Of a DNA stretch of 64,000 nucleotides, positions 10,335 through 24,532 are shown one piece after another. Source of the stretch: Hydrolagus affinis (lineage: Eukaryota); assembly GCA_012026655.1 (NCBI GenBank), contig JAAILG010001210.1, positions 1 through 64,000 on the forward strand. The letters are read 5' to 3'. The notes under the pieces were generated by a model that made no database searches, was not told the origin of the DNA, and worked only from the letters and a program-made list of their open reading frames with translations. Within the stretch, counting starts at the first letter, position 1, and each line of letters begins with the position of its first letter. The position numbers and the translations under genes were made by a program.

Positions 10335-13300
10335 GTTGTTGTTATTCATGTTGGGACGACAGCACAAAACACTGGACAATCCATAACTAAAGGAGGTTGT
10401 TGCTGAGGGAGGTGGTACGAGGAAAGATGCAATCAAAGGAAATGTCTTGAGTCATGAAAGAGTTCAATGGTTCAGGCTGTAATTGAAATGATGTCATGGG
10501 TTTGCAAGACAGGAATTGACCAGTTCTGGCTCAGGGAAGACTCTTGGTTGATGTACCCTCCTCCCCAAATATTTCTCATAAAACTACACCCCTATTATCT
10601 GACTTTTAAATATATGTAAGATATCCCTTAACGTGGAGTGTTTACATATTGGCTATCTCATCAAGGCTGCCATTATCACTGCTTCTGATCCAGACACTGG
10701 GTCGAAATGTCTTGTTATCATAATAATAATGATAATAATAATCCTTGCAATAATCCTTGCGTCTGGAAGAAGTGAAAAGCACTATATCAAATCCAACGAT
10801 TATTATTAATATTATTATTGTTTGGTATAGCCCCTTATCACGTCTTCTAGATGTCTCAAAGCGCTTCACAGAATATACTGTAAAGCGAATTGACAGTATA
10901 TTTATGGGCAGCCGATTGCACACAGCAGTGTCCCACAACAGTCGTGGATTGAAGTGACCAATTTATAATTATTATTTATGTTAATGAGCTTCAAATGCCT
11001 TCCTGCTTGTTCAATTGATTTCAATTATGTTTTGGAGGTCGAGTGGTAATGAATGTTTTTAAATGAGTAAGAGTTCTATATCGCTTCAAAGAGACTTTTC
11101 TTTGATAGTTTTCCATGTTGTTAAACTCATTTTGGTTTGGTTGACATTTCCAAGAAGAGCCTGTGGTTTAACTGGACACTACTTGATAATATATTATATA
11201 AAGAATCATGTTGCCAGGTGCTGGAAAGGACATTCAGATTGAAAACATTTTATGTGTAAAGGATTAGTTTTCGTTCATAATCATGTGAATTGTGGATATA
11301 ACCTTCCAGCCTTTGTAAAAGCAGTCTTTTCAGTTTAATTATGCTGTGGCTGAGGTGGTTATGTTGCTATGGTATGACCTCAGAGGGTTTATGAATAAAC
11401 TTTTATTTGACCCATTATACAGTGACAGATGGAAGTCCAGCAAAGGACAAAACTGATAATGCATCTGTCTTCTTGTGCTCTTAGCAGATTAGAGAGCAAA
11501 GCAAATGGAGGGTAAACGCTGGTCCCGCTGTGAGACAAAATGCAATTTAACATCTCCTGCCACGTTGCCAGCAATGACATAACCGCTGCTTATTGCTATC
11601 ATACTAGTAAGCTTGTGTTGCCATCGCAACCAAACTGTCAGATTATAGGAAATGGACACTTCATGCCACCGAGCTTAGAAAATGTCTGTCTGCCAGATTG
11701 TTTTAACACCAGAGCGATCATGTTCAAATTGTACTAATTGCCTTTGGACGTTGGCAATAGTATTATGTTACCACATAGAAGGTTTTAAAGCAATTAGTGC
11801 CAGTTTTCCCTGCGTAGCTTTCCATATCTTCTCTCCGACCTCCCAATTGTGTTGCAGAGTTTATCTCTGTGATTCCCCACATGCTGACTTGATAGTCACA
11901 ACTGGGAAGCTGCAAACAATAATAGTTGGAGCCTTGTAAGTTGCCCAACGGACTTTAGTTTTATCAACATTCCTATAATATTCATAGTTGAGGTTGAGAC
12001 TGATTCACCAACTGATGGAAATAATCTTTTCCTATTTACCCTGTAATAGCTTTTCAGAATTTTCCTCTCTTGACTTTCTCTTCTGTCAAAATAGCTAAAG
12101 TTTATTTGCATCATAGGGAAAAATGGTTCAGATTTCTTCTTACCCCTTGGTCAGAGGATTCAAGTCCAGTACACGTAATGCTTGGAAGGGAGCAATGCTC
12201 GGGGACATAAGCAGTCTGGGCAGATGTATAGAGGTGTAGCAAGGGAACCACAAGTAAAATGAAGAGAAAGCCACAGGCTGCAAATGCATCGCAATATCAA
12301 ATCTCACTGACTAAGTGACGTGAACAGAAATGTTATTATTTATTTACCTACAATCTAATTTTGTTCCAAAACCAATATAATTCTATAAAATTGGTTTTGG
12401 CGTTAAGTTTATTTCTGATTGAAAGTGTGAAGTGGGTGAATCGAGTGACAGGCATACAAACCACAAGAAGACTGAATGGAAATGGATCGAGCAGCTCTGC
12501 AATGTAATAGTAGGAAAACAGTCTTTTGTCTGTCCCCTAGAGCTTGCAAAGTATCAGTAAATACTAATGAATTGAAGTCAGACTTGGCAGAGAGGAAGAT
12601 TTGATTCTTATTCCAACAAGCCTGGACATAGGAGCTTTCTTTGTAAACAAGAATGAAAAAAAAATACTGATGTTTGCGTTCATTATGTTAAGGAACAAAA
12701 CACTCAAAGGGGGAAAGGTTAAGGTCCTACATGGCATGCGATCAGATGATGCATTGAAAATTTCAAAAAGAATGTTGTGCTTGGACATCTGTTTAAATAT
12801 ACATTACCCGCACAATGTAATCATTTGTATTAACGCTTGTAGCCGTGAATTTTCTTTAGTTGAAAAAAAATCTCTTTTTGTTTCTCTCCCTTTACCCTTT
12901 AATTAAATAGTCAGCAGTATGCTATTAATTGGGTTACTTGTTGTATGGATCCTGCGAGCTTTGGTTTCCACTTAAAATCTTCTTTAAGCATCACCAATGG
13001 CTAAGAGTTTATCCACTCAGTCACTAAACCAGTACCTAGTGGATCTCTTTTAAAAAGTAGGAAACAGGAATTTGGCTTGTCTCTGGGCTCGTGGTAGATA
13101 CACTTCAAAAGCAATTCCCTAATATTTAATATTTCAGAATATCCCTGTTAATCTCTGAAATGATTTGTAGATTTTAAGACACTTGAGTTTGTTTGGTTTG
13201 GGAGAATCTGTTGGATGTAGCTCCATCACGATTCCTTTGGAGTCCTGTAGCATATTGATTTCCTCACTCCATGTGCTCTGCTTACCTTGCAGTAAGTAAG

Positions 13301-13989
13301 AACCTGGTTGTTGGTCGATTGACGGATTTCTTTCTGGGAGTATGACCGCTTTTTAAAAAAATGCAATTGGCTGCTGAGTTTTTCCCACAAAATATACAGT
13401 TAATTCACTTTACAGTATATTCTGCTAAACACTTTGAGATGTCTCAACGACATGATGAGGCACTATATAAAATGTAAGGTTTATTATATTGTCCCCTCAT
13501 TTTGCAGTGTTTGTGTAATCTGCTGTAGGCAGTGTGTTTCATAACTTTTCAATAAATGTAACCTGGTCTCACCAGAGAGAACTTGAATCTAGCTCAGCAT
13601 TTCATTTTAAAAAGAGGCAAGAACTGGGAATTGAACACGGCTTGCTTCGGCTATTTTACCACTCAATAAAATGTGAAATATCCCCTCAGTCACCCAACCT
13701 GTTCTTAACTGTGCAAGAATTTGGACTAAAATGTGCTGTGTTGCCTTCTATGCCGCCTTGACAAGTATGTATTTAAATTAATTACCAGATGCTAACTGAG
13801 ACTTTTTTATGGGAGAATTGTTAGTAAAATTGTTTATGAAATGTGAACAGTTTTGCAAATCATTTCTCCAATATATGAGGCTTCGGGGAATTTTCTGATA
13901 GCAATGTCTGTTTTGGCTCTTCAGATGTGTTTTTTTTTGCTAATAAGGTATGTGACTCAAATGGAAACCCATCCTCATTGCTTAAGTTG

Positions 13990-14165
13990 CCTCATTGGGA
14001 AAGGGGCAAAGGGGGTAGGAGGGCGGCTGAAGATACAGTCAAAAAGGAGGGTCTTGAGTTATGCCTTGAAGGATGCAAGAGAGGGAGCAAGGCGAAGGGA
14101 ATGTGGGAAGGTGTTCCAAAGAGTGGGGGCAGAGAGGCTGAAAACCCGGCCACAGATGGTCAGGC
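13990..14165 (-). mobile_element. L2 3' fragment
   Basis: Similar to other minus-strand L2 ends (AAAAGGAGGGTCTTGAG...GTTCCAAAGAGTGGGGGCAGAGAGGCTGAA). Confidence 0.7.
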
Positions 14166-14934
14166 GGAAGACCACAAATCATGTGAAGCACTTGGAGACT
14201 TCCAGCCCACATGATCAGACACAATATCAAATGCAAGCATTATTATTTTTAATATTATTATCTACCCAGCATGAGTCAGCACCTTCAGGGTAGAGAATAG
14301 GAACAAACCCCATCCTCCCCCACACTCCAAAAATAATGCTTTTGCCCATCTATTGAGTTACTTCCATTCTGTTGCAACACACCAAGCTTGTCTGTTCCAA
14401 ACATAGTACTGTACATTCCAAACCACTGAGGTCTTCGTCTTTAAAGCTAATTGCATAAAGAAGGAAAACAAATTCTAGCAAAGTGATCAGTCATGTGGTT
14501 TTCCATCGCCATTTGTTTATTGTTGACAACATACCGTGACCAGAGATTGTTTTCTCCAGTGATCAAATTTTTATTGACAGTGTCTTATGATTTCAGTGTG
14601 TATGTGGGATGTTTCATTTCTGACAGTGCAGGCAACTAGCACGCATTAATGACAATAGTGCCTGTATACTGTACATTGAAACATCTTCACAAACTTTTTC
14701 TTTGAAGTTTCTTTGACTGTATTTGTGAGAGAATGTGGCAGCAGTTGGGCACCGCATTGTCCCACAAACAACCATGAAATCAATGACCATTTTTTTACCT
14801 AGGGATGGTTGGCTTGGACACTCGGAGAAACTCTTCCGCACTGCACCAGAGTTGCAGTCTAGACTACGAATGCTAAGTAGAGCCTGAACCTACAACTATA
14901 TATTAAGTATATATCAAATGGAAGTGTCTTGACA

Positions 14935-15300
14935 TGAGCTGAGGAACAAAGGAATTTGCGAGTGTAGAAACATAGGTAATTGAAAGTAGCAATGCAAGTG
15001 ACGAGGGCTGTGAAGAAGGTTAATAGTATGCTGGCTTCATGCACGAGCATAGAGTATAAACGTGAATAAATCATGCTGAGGTAGTGTAAATCATTGGTTT
15101 GGTTGCAAATGGAGCATTGTATCCAGTTCTTGGCACCTTGCTTAAGACAGAATGTTAATGCCTTGAAGGGAGTGAGGAGAAGGTTTACAAGAATGTTTTC
15201 ACCCAGAGCAGTTGGGGTATGGAATGTCCTGCTGAGTAGAATGGTGGACACATTGTTGACTTGAAGAGCAAGGAAGATAGGTATATAAAAAAGAGGAATG
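14935..15300 (+). mobile_element. Degraded CR1 LINE ORF2 3' fragment
   Basis: Frameshifted remnants of EQRDLGV..AVKKA..IEYK..CIQFW(A)P..ALE.V.RRFTRM, typical of CR1 RT C-terminus. Confidence 0.75.
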
Positions 15301-16599
15301 GATTTTTTTTCAAATTTCATAAATAAACTGAGCAGGCTTCAATTCCCCTCCTCCTTCAGGATTCCATTAGATTCTACTGATGACATTTCACTGTCCAAAA
15401 GCGGAAAAGTTGAACTTGTGGTATTCCGGAAGAGATTCACGGATGGAAGTTGCAATTTCTAGGAATCTTAGGAACCAATATTTGTGATTTTTTTTTAAAT
15501 GGGGGTGGTGGGGGAGAAAATGGCAGCCTGATTCTCCTTCCTATGTGTAATTAATATGTTGTGTGTGATTGTTCCCAAATGGCAAAATATATGAGAGAGT
15601 ACAGCATTTGATGATCCTGCCACACTGATTTACTACAGTCCTGCATCGGCTTTCAATTGTATTCTGTGGTTAGGCCATCGCTTGCTGAATGAGCGAGTCT
15701 TTACAGCATAGTTCCACTTTTTCTTTAAACAATAAATTGATCCTGTACATGCATCCTAAGGTGGGTGGGTAGAGTGGGTGTGAATTAGAGAGACCTGGGA
15801 TTCCCGATGTACAATTGGTACCTTAGATTTTGTTGCAATGAAAACGTACAACACAACTATTTTTTTTTGCAAGTATCCTCACAGTCCCTTAGAAGGTGAT
15901 TTTTATTTCATGTCAGTGAAACAAGTGTCTCATACCTATGAGCATTTTTTCACACATAGAGGGACTGGTAGCATTCCAGTAGAGGTATTTTAAAAGGGAA
16001 ATGCCTGGATACACACACACATGGAACATCATGGTATAAAGAAATAAAGAGAAGGCAATAACATTTAAGAGAGTAGAAAGCTAAAGAGCTGCAGGCTAGA
16101 TGGGAGAAACGGGCCACTTTTGTCCGTGGCCCATTGGACTGGATGGCTATGCAGTACTATTGATGAAGTTCTTGTTTGATATTTATTGTTAAGTGTAGAG
16201 CTAAACCAATTTTCAGCAAATCCTGCATGCTGGATGTTGGAAGTCATTTATGTGAACATTTCTAAATGAAAATGCAACTGAATTTGGATCTGCTGCAGGT
16301 TGGGTGGTGGCAGGGGAGAAGCTTGCATAGCTTATCAGTACAAAATATGAAGTTATTTTACATTTAATTTTCTGGTGCTGTACAAACTCAAAAGATCTGG
16401 ATTTTTGGGTGAGTTTATGCTTCACCAATAATACTTCAATGACAGTATACAGTAGCTTTTTGAAAGCAGAACTCTACATTTGCAGTTCTATTGCCTTTCT
16501 TGACTTTGTTGTGCATCAGATGGAGTGGAATTAGAACCAAGACTAATCGTAGTTGCCCATTTCTCCACTTTACCTCCTCTGAGGCAAAGTAGATCTACT

Positions 16600-16942
16600 C
16601 TGGGTTGCTGGTAGCTTCTTCCTAGGTTCGATTCCCAGCAAGGCGAGGCCTTGGGCAGGTTTCCTTTCTCTGCATGCCTCTGTTCGCCTCGTGGTGAGTA
16701 GGAACATGATTGTTGGTCGATTGCAGTTTTCTTTTCCAGGGGTAATAATAATTCCTTCAATATAAATAAAAATAATTTGGTCGCTCAGTCCGCAACTGTT
16801 TGTGGGACATAATCGGCTGCCATGTTTCACTCACAAAAATATACGGTCAATTCACTTTGCAGTATATTCTGTAAAGAGCTTGGAGACGTCTCAAAGATGT
16901 GGTAAGGTGTTATATGAAATGCAAGGATTATTATTATTATTA
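16600..16942 (+). mobile_element. tRNA SINE, longer variant
   Basis: B box GGTTCGATTCC, an extra internal segment (also at ~13270 and ~38110 on -), standard core and (ATT)n tail. Confidence 0.75.
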
Positions 16943-17394
16943 TCAAGACTAACCCATCTGAAAAGAAAACCTAAAGTTCCTCCAACAATGTTTTGATCTT
17001 TATTTAATAATAACTCATTTTTTTACTAATGCGGAGTGGCAGGAAAGAGAGGAACTATTTTGACCAGAAGGTGCGAACCCCTCCCTCTACATGTTTTTTC
17101 CTCTTTTAATATAAGTAGAATTTCTAATAATCCTTAAATTTGATATAAGGTCTTACACATCAGGGGGACATCTCATGATGGTTGGCGGGAATTTTCTTCA
17201 CTTTATAAAGTAGAGGGACAGTGCATTTTGAGGACTAGCACACAGCAGTGGCCCACAAATAGCCATGAAATGAATAATCTATTTTATCTGGGGACGTGTG
17301 GGCCAGGACATTTAGAGCCCATTGTGAGCAAGTGTGTAAATTGCTGCGGTTTTGTTGGATGTTCAGGATCCAATTTTATTCTTGTATTTTACAG

Positions 17395-17552
17395 GGCTAT
17401 TAAGTGGTCAGACCACCCCCAGCACAAGTAAATTGGAGAAACTGGACTCCCAGCAAGTATTAAAGGTCTGTCTACGCTACCAGGATCACCTACATCAATG
17501 TGCGGAGGCGGTCTCTTTTGATCAGAACGCTCTTGTAAAGCGAATCAAAGAG
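17395..17552 (+). CDS. BORCS5: BORCS5 coding exon 3 ([53 protein letters not shown])
   Basis: Acceptor tattttacag|, donor GAG|GTAAGG. 158 nt, phase 1-0. Near-identical to the recalled vertebrate BORCS5 core. Confidence 0.97.
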
Positions 17553-19563
17553 GTAAGGCGGCAGGAACAAGGGACCAGAGAATTAGAGGAAGGAGCAGAA
17601 ATAAACATCTGTAAAGCTGTGCCTCCTCTGTATATGTTTCATGAGCTGACAGCTCATGCTGGAGCAGGTATTGATGTTACTGTAAATGCCAAGGCACACT
17701 GCAGCTTCAATGTGTCATCCCCTAAGAGTTTACATGTACTTAAACAAAGCCCTCAGGAAATTTCTTGTTTGGCAAATTATACGTACAGCGGGTTTTATCT
17801 CAAGTGCTCTTCCCTCCTACATTCGAATATTGTGAGCAGTTGCTCATGAAGATTTCACCAAAAAAAACACTTAACTCGCTAATAAAGAGAAATCTGAATC
17901 AAAGAATACTAAGTGGTCAGAATTCTGATATTTATTCTGCGCAGTAGCAGTTTATTTTTGCTTGCAAATGTTTGTTTGTATATAAGTATCTGTGTATATG
18001 CATGCTTCTCAGTGTAAGATGTCTTGTGATGTAAAATGGATATATTTTTTCTAATTTCACTCAGGCTTCAAGTTCTATCAGTTCTGGTGTAACACAAGTC
18101 AGGTGCAAAGTAAATTTCCACCCCAAACAAAATTCTCAATAGCGGTGTGACATTTCCATTTCACACACCAGCTGTCAATGTTCACTTGCTAGTCAATATG
18201 AGTTTGTAGTGTTGGTGTTGTGGTTTTGTGTCTATTCAAATCTGACAAAAAGTAATTTCACTTGGGGTCCATACAGATAGCTGTCTTACATATCAGCGCC
18301 TTGAGACGTCCTCCTAACATGAAAGGCACTCTATAAATGTAATTTTGCTGTTGTTATACATTCCGTCCAGAATTGGTCATGAACTCAGTGATAAAAGGGC
18401 AGTGCCTCTTACAGTCTGCCAGTCACCCAAGTCTTTGAAATTAAAATTAACCAAAACTAACAATTGCTAAATCTTGTCATTTCTGCTTAAAAGACACTGT
18501 TAACTTGGTGTTGTGTACTTGAGGAAAAATATAATTTATATTACTTCTGACTTTCCTCTTAAATTTCATCTGCAATGGGTCTAAGTAATCCTCCACTCAT
18601 AAAATATGTCCTCTCTACTATTGGCGATGTAGGTGCCACTTGTAATTAGTAATTTAGCAACTTTGGAAATGTATCTATGGGACGAGCAGATGGTAATTTT
18701 GGTAAGGTTGAGAATAAAACAGCAGTGAGTTCTGCGAGAGAAATGACTATACTATGTGTATAGAATATATATGTATATTTAATATGTATATATAATATGT
18801 GGGACTAAACTTGTGGGACTAGACAGATTAGGAAGATTGTCGTTCTGCTACAATTGGAGTTGATTTTCTTGTTTATCCAAATGTGCAGCAGTTTCGGTCA
18901 GTCGACTGAAGGTGACATTTAATGGGATAAAACCCTACCTAGTTCAGAAAAAAAAGTCTGCTGAACCATCTGAAATGTTTGTTTACTTGCCCCTGCTAAG
19001 TTTTCAGAAATTACTAATGATTGCCTTGTATACAAGTAATAATTATATGGGTGTAATATTTAATATTGGAAAGAATGCTCCTTTGCATACTTGAAGGAGA
19101 AGGGAATCTTAGGGATTTGCCTACAAAATACAGTCACTACACTTTACAGTAAATACTATAGCTCCTTCAATTGGAGTGCAGTAAATCCTGTAAAGTGCTT
19201 TGAGTTGTCCTCCTGATATGAAAGCCCTATATCAAATTATTATTTATTATTAATAGCCAGGTCTGGGAGAGGACGTTAGGAGAAGTGGAGAGTCATGTGG
19301 ATTATACAACAACAACAACAAAATTACATTTATAGAGCGCCTTTCACGTCGGGATGATGTCCCAAGGCACTGAATAGTCAGATCGATTGGCCTGTCTCCG
19401 TGTTGCAAAATTCTATGTAAATCTATGCAATGATGTTTATCTGAAAGAATTTAAGAAGGGTGGATATCAAAGTACTTGTACTTCTACAAGTTGTTTTAGA
19501 AAGCAGTATTCTTAAAGCACCATCTCAAAGCACATAAAGGCATTGTAAACAAAAATCTAAATA

Positions 19564-19951
19564 CAATAAAAGCTCGTTTATACGGCATCCAACCAACCAG
19601 AATGCTCAACCAACCGGTATCTCCCAATACAATTCACCATTCCAGCAAACAGATCTCATACCGGAGCCCTTTGCGCACGCGCGCAATGCGTGTGCATGCG
19701 CACTTATTAAACTTAAAGAATGCTGGAATTTTTATTTTACTGATCATTTTACCGAGTGTAGTGGAATGTTTTATTGGTAAGTATCCATATAATATTCTGT
19801 TATTATTTAGTCTATTATTAATATGGTATGTTTTAAAATAAGTAACATTTTTGTGTAGGATTTATGGCAACTTGCCGCTCGAATATCAGGCATATCTAAT
19901 TAAACGGCACCGGTCAGATTCCGAAGGTGCCGGATATATGAGCTTTTACTG
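19564..19951 (+). mobile_element. Tc1/mariner (pogo/Tigger-like) MITE, copy A
   Basis: TA flanks (19562-63, 19952-53). TIRs CAATAAAAGCTCGTTTATACGGCA / TGCCGGATATATGAGCTTTTACTG. Homologous over its length to 38325-38719. Confidence 0.88.
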
Positions 19952-21559
19952 TAAATCAATTGTTTTAAATTTCCATTTCCAGTGTATCACCAATACTTAA
20001 GTGGCCGTGGCACAGAGAATACCTTGAATGAACAACAGATTGTGATGTGGATGTTCTGGCCAGTCGGTTGGGTTTTCTTTGGGCTGAGATTCACTGTGTG
20101 TATTTTATTCTCTTTGGCTTTCTATTTTGAAACAGGCGAATGTACAATGAAAGTACGCACTGACAGTAAAATGGTGTCCCTTGGTGCAAGTGAATTCAAC
20201 TTTGATTCATGCTTTGTGTACGTTTCAAGTTGAGAAATCAAATTTCATTGTGAGTGATGGTAGAACTGTGATGACCTAAGAAGCTAAAATGTGTTTTTGT
20301 TTGTGTTGTGGTTCTCAGTTCCAGGCCAAGCATTACACAGTATCTGAAGATATTTGCAGATGTTTCAAGCTCTGAGGTGGTGGTTTCCACTTTCATGTCC
20401 TCTTTGGCCTAAAATAAAGTGAACTTCAAGGCTCCCTTTACTAATACTATTTCTCCTTGACTCAAACTGCTTTTCACATTGTGCACCAGCTGAGGCGATT
20501 TTATTCATCTATATCCATGCTATGAAAGTTTAGGTTCCTTTCTCTGTACAGTATATTTTGTTGTTTAAAAAATTAAAATTTATTTTAAAAATCCAAAGTT
20601 TACTGACAATGACTAAAGTACATCTCTCTTAACTAAAGGAAGTACTGTACTTGTATTGGTAAAGTACACCTTGGTTAGGGCTCATTACCCTGCTGAATGT
20701 GAATCCATGCCATTCATTTAAAACATATGATTGCAATATACATTCAAAATGACCTAGATAGGATTTATTTTGGATGTACCTCTCTTGCTTTATTTCCTCT
20801 CACATGTTTCCTCTTGGACTGTAATCCCCTCTCTCCTCACCCTTGTGTTTCTCTGCTGCCTGCTATTTTTCTCATTGTTCCTGAGTATGCAAGCACTCTG
20901 CATACTTTTAAGAGCTTTTAAGCTATGTTACTCGGTGTGGAGGGTTCTGTAAAGTGCGAGTTGTTGTTGTTGCTATAAAAAGGTTCTTAGGAATCTTCTG
21001 TTGACGCTAGACCGTGCAAATATGGTGCAAATTTTATGAACCACAAATATCTAACATTCATCTCTCCAAAATAGCCTTTTGACGTCAGCTGCGTTAATAG
21101 ATTGAAATGCACCATTAGCAACATGCACTGAGCTTTACACATGGTTGAATTTATATTTCAAGCTGTTTAATGGATACGTGTGCCATTTGGACCACACCCT
21201 GGCAAAGAATCAGATACCTTGTGTTTCCTCACATTAAGATTTCTGTTTGATGTTTGTCCAGTTATTCAGTGCTGCATCAATCTTGACCATCATGCCACCA
21301 TATAAAGGAATGGTTTGCAGACTGCCCCCTATTTAGTTTGGAACAATGCATAATATATCGGTGCACACCTTGGTTGAGACACTTAATATGTCTTATGTGT
21401 AAGTTATATGAAGCTCCTTTGACATGTTCCTTTCATACAGTGGTGCATCAGAACATGAAAGTTTGTTTGCTCCTGCTGCAAAATTAACATTTTGCTCGCG
21501 TGTGCCATGTAACCTGAAGAAATATTCTTCACCACCAATTGTGAACTTTTTTTTCGGCA

Positions 21560-21925
21560 ATTTCTATACCTTTCTTCTCCTCCACCTCTTTTGAAGTTTC
21601 ACACTCTTACCGGAGTGTGGTTCCTTTGGCACCAGTACTTTGCGCCCAAGTGGCCTCCTCCTCGTCTCCCAAATCCTCCGCTCCACTATCGGCAGCCAGG
21701 CTTTCAGCCACTATGCCCCAAAATGATGGAACTCCCTCCCTCAACCTCTCCACCTTACCTCCTCTTTCCCCATTTAAAGGACGCGCTTGAAGTCTTTTCC
21801 TTTCGACTACGTTTATGGTCACATTCCCAGTCACATTCCCCTGGCTTGACCTCGGGCTCCGACATTGTTAAGTGAGACGTCGCCCATTGTGGAGGATGCT
21901 ATGCAAATGTAATTGTTGTTGTTAC
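21560..21925 (+). mobile_element. L2 3' fragment
   Basis: ACTATCGGCAGCCAGGCTTTCAGCCACTATGCCCC..TGGAACTCCCTCCC, with tail ATGCAAATGTAATTGTTGTTGTT. Confidence 0.8.
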
Positions 21926-24285
21926 GTTACAAGAATTACTGGATTACAATGCTGATGGAAACTCTAGAGAATTTTACTCCCTATTATAACACCTTAAGTT
22001 GTGGACCAGACAAGGGCTTGAACATATGTGACTTTAATGGTACACTTGGCCTTTACCCCCTCGAACATTGATGAATTTAAGCACACAATATTATTGATGG
22101 TTCTGAACGAACGACTAAAATCTAGAGGGACAGTGGATGTCTGTACAGAATTGAGCCACTTTTGTTCTCTAATCTATATCGTCTCCAATGCAGAAATTCA
22201 TTTTAATGTACCTTTGTCCGCATCAAGTAGATTTATTTTGCAATCCTTTTTAATGGTGAATTTGTCTAATATTCTTTTCATTTAATATAAAAATATCAGT
22301 GGGTTAGATACTCAGTGATTCTCCACGACTGAGACAATTCCTTACTTCAGAGTTACATTTTGGTGCATTAAATGTTGGTCTTTAGGGGGGGGCAGGCTTT
22401 GTTGGATTTAAGATGAGGGACACACTGTTCCACAGCACAGTATAGCCTCAAGCTTGTGGGCATTATTGAATTCAATACAATGAAAACCTAGTTCCAAAAA
22501 ATGGAAAGGTGGGGTGGTGGGGGTGGAATGTTCTTTGCGACTGCCTGAGGCTGCATAAAATTTACAAAGAACCGTGGAAGTTAAGATAAATTGTGAAGTT
22601 AATCCCATCAAAGGGTTGTATGTATCTGACCTCATTGAAGCTTCTGGATGTCTTTTTCTGCTGCAGATAATAACGATGAACAGTACGATTAGAAAGGGAA
22701 AATAATTAAAGCGCTAAGTCTGTCCATAATGACTGCAAAATGTTGCTGCATGTGTCAAAGAAATGAGCTTGATGAAGACATATGTTGAGCAGACTTAATG
22801 GGGTGAAACAGCTATTTGCATAATGTGAACACATGGATGAAATACAAGGCTTAATTGCGCTTTTGTAATTAGTAAAGCAACAAGATAATTTGAGGCATTT
22901 TGGCTATGATCCAAGTCTGTAATCTACCCCTCCTTCGTGATGGTTTTACAACTCGGGTTTAAAGTTTATTAAAGCAACTTTTTTTTTCCAGTACCACAAA
23001 CAATAAAATCAATGACAATCTTTCACACTCATTTTACTTGCTCAATATCAATAACTGAGCATGGGCTATCTTTACAATTCTAAAAGTGTTTAGTGTATTA
23101 TTGTACTACTAGAATTTGTGAATGTGGTTTCTATCGAAGCATCAAAATGATGCAGGGAGTTTATTCACCGAGTAACTGGGCCATACAACCTAGAACGGTC
23201 TCAGTCTGAACACATCTAACTTGGAAAATGCCCATTTGTTAGGCTTAGTTGAATCATTAGGTTTATTTTATGTTTAATAAGTAAATCAATGTGTATAATA
23301 AGTAGTATAACATTAGAAATTTAGGCATAAAACTAAAAAGGCTGCACAATTGCAAAAACCAGTCCTGTCTGTAAAACAGAACTGAATGTAGCCAGGTTGG
23401 CACCAGTTGTAGTAGATATGATAAGTGTGAAGGACGGAGAACAGAAAACATGTTCAGTTAAAGACATCAATATAACTACTCTTTGTTTTCCCAAAGGTGA
23501 GAAATCACGGGGTAAGCAAGGAGGCAGACAAAACAGGCCTGGGTAGATGGGGAGTTGTTTTAAAATAAGTTATTTTGAGAAAACAGGAATGTTTGAGAAC
23601 CGCTCTGCTAGTCAAGATAAGTAAGGCTGGTGGAGAAGTATAAAGATAGTGGCTCATCACAACAGTTGGGGAATATCTCAAGGTGGAAACCGAAATCTCC
23701 AGCCTGCCACTGTTGTCCAGAATTACTGGAACGGGTAGCACAGTTCCAGTTGTTCTGTTTTACAGGCAGGGAAGGGCAATACATTTTAAGGTGTATTGCT
23801 AGGGGACCTCAACCTATCTTAAACCTGTATTTGAGAATTTTTAACGTTGAAGTCATAACAAGATTTTATTTAGGTGAATTTTGAGAATACATGTAAATTC
23901 ATTCAATCACTGCTCTACAACCTTCCCAGTCCCACAGCTCAATAGTTCAGCAACATGTTCGTTTTCTCAGGTCATGTTTTCATTTACCAAAAGTCAATCA
24001 GTAACGTATATGAATTCAGTGTTCTCATCTGGCCTGTGAACATTTGATTCTGTCCCCGATAGAAAAAGTGAACAAAAGTAATATCCTTCCCCTTGAAAGG
24101 TACAATTGGAATGTATTTTTAGTGCATTGTATGTCACTGCTTTGATGGTGTATTTTACTGCAACCATTCAGAGGACATACTCAGTATGAATGGTTTGTGT
24201 TGGTTATGTAATACTGTACCTCTAAATCATTGTGGTTTTAACAATATTGAGATGCGTTAATCACAATAAATGCTGCTTATAATAT

Positions 24286-24532
24286 ATTTCCCTAGGTTTT
24301 GTTTTGTTTAGACTGCAGTACCTTTGAGAGGTGATTCTTTGAAAGGTGCAAAATTCCCAGTCACATTCCCCTGGCTCGACCTCGGGCTCCGACATTGTTA
24401 AGTGAGACGTCGCCCATTGTGGAGGATGCTATGCAAATGTAATTGTTGTTGTTACATTTCCCTAGGTTTTGTTAAGCCTATGTTTAGACTGCAGTACTTT
24501 TGAGAGGTGATTATATGCAAGGTGCAAAATTC
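24286..24532 (+). repeat. Direct repeat (24286-24356 / 24456-24532) enclosing a 103-bp copy of 21823-21925
   Basis: Direct comparison: the insert differs from 21823-21925 at one base. The flanks are imperfect ~70-bp direct repeats. Confidence 0.9.

Noticed and set aside
17553-17849. Open-frame extension past the BORCS5 exon (165-aa ORF)
   Set aside because: Homology ends at the canonical donor at 17553. The remainder is intron read-through.
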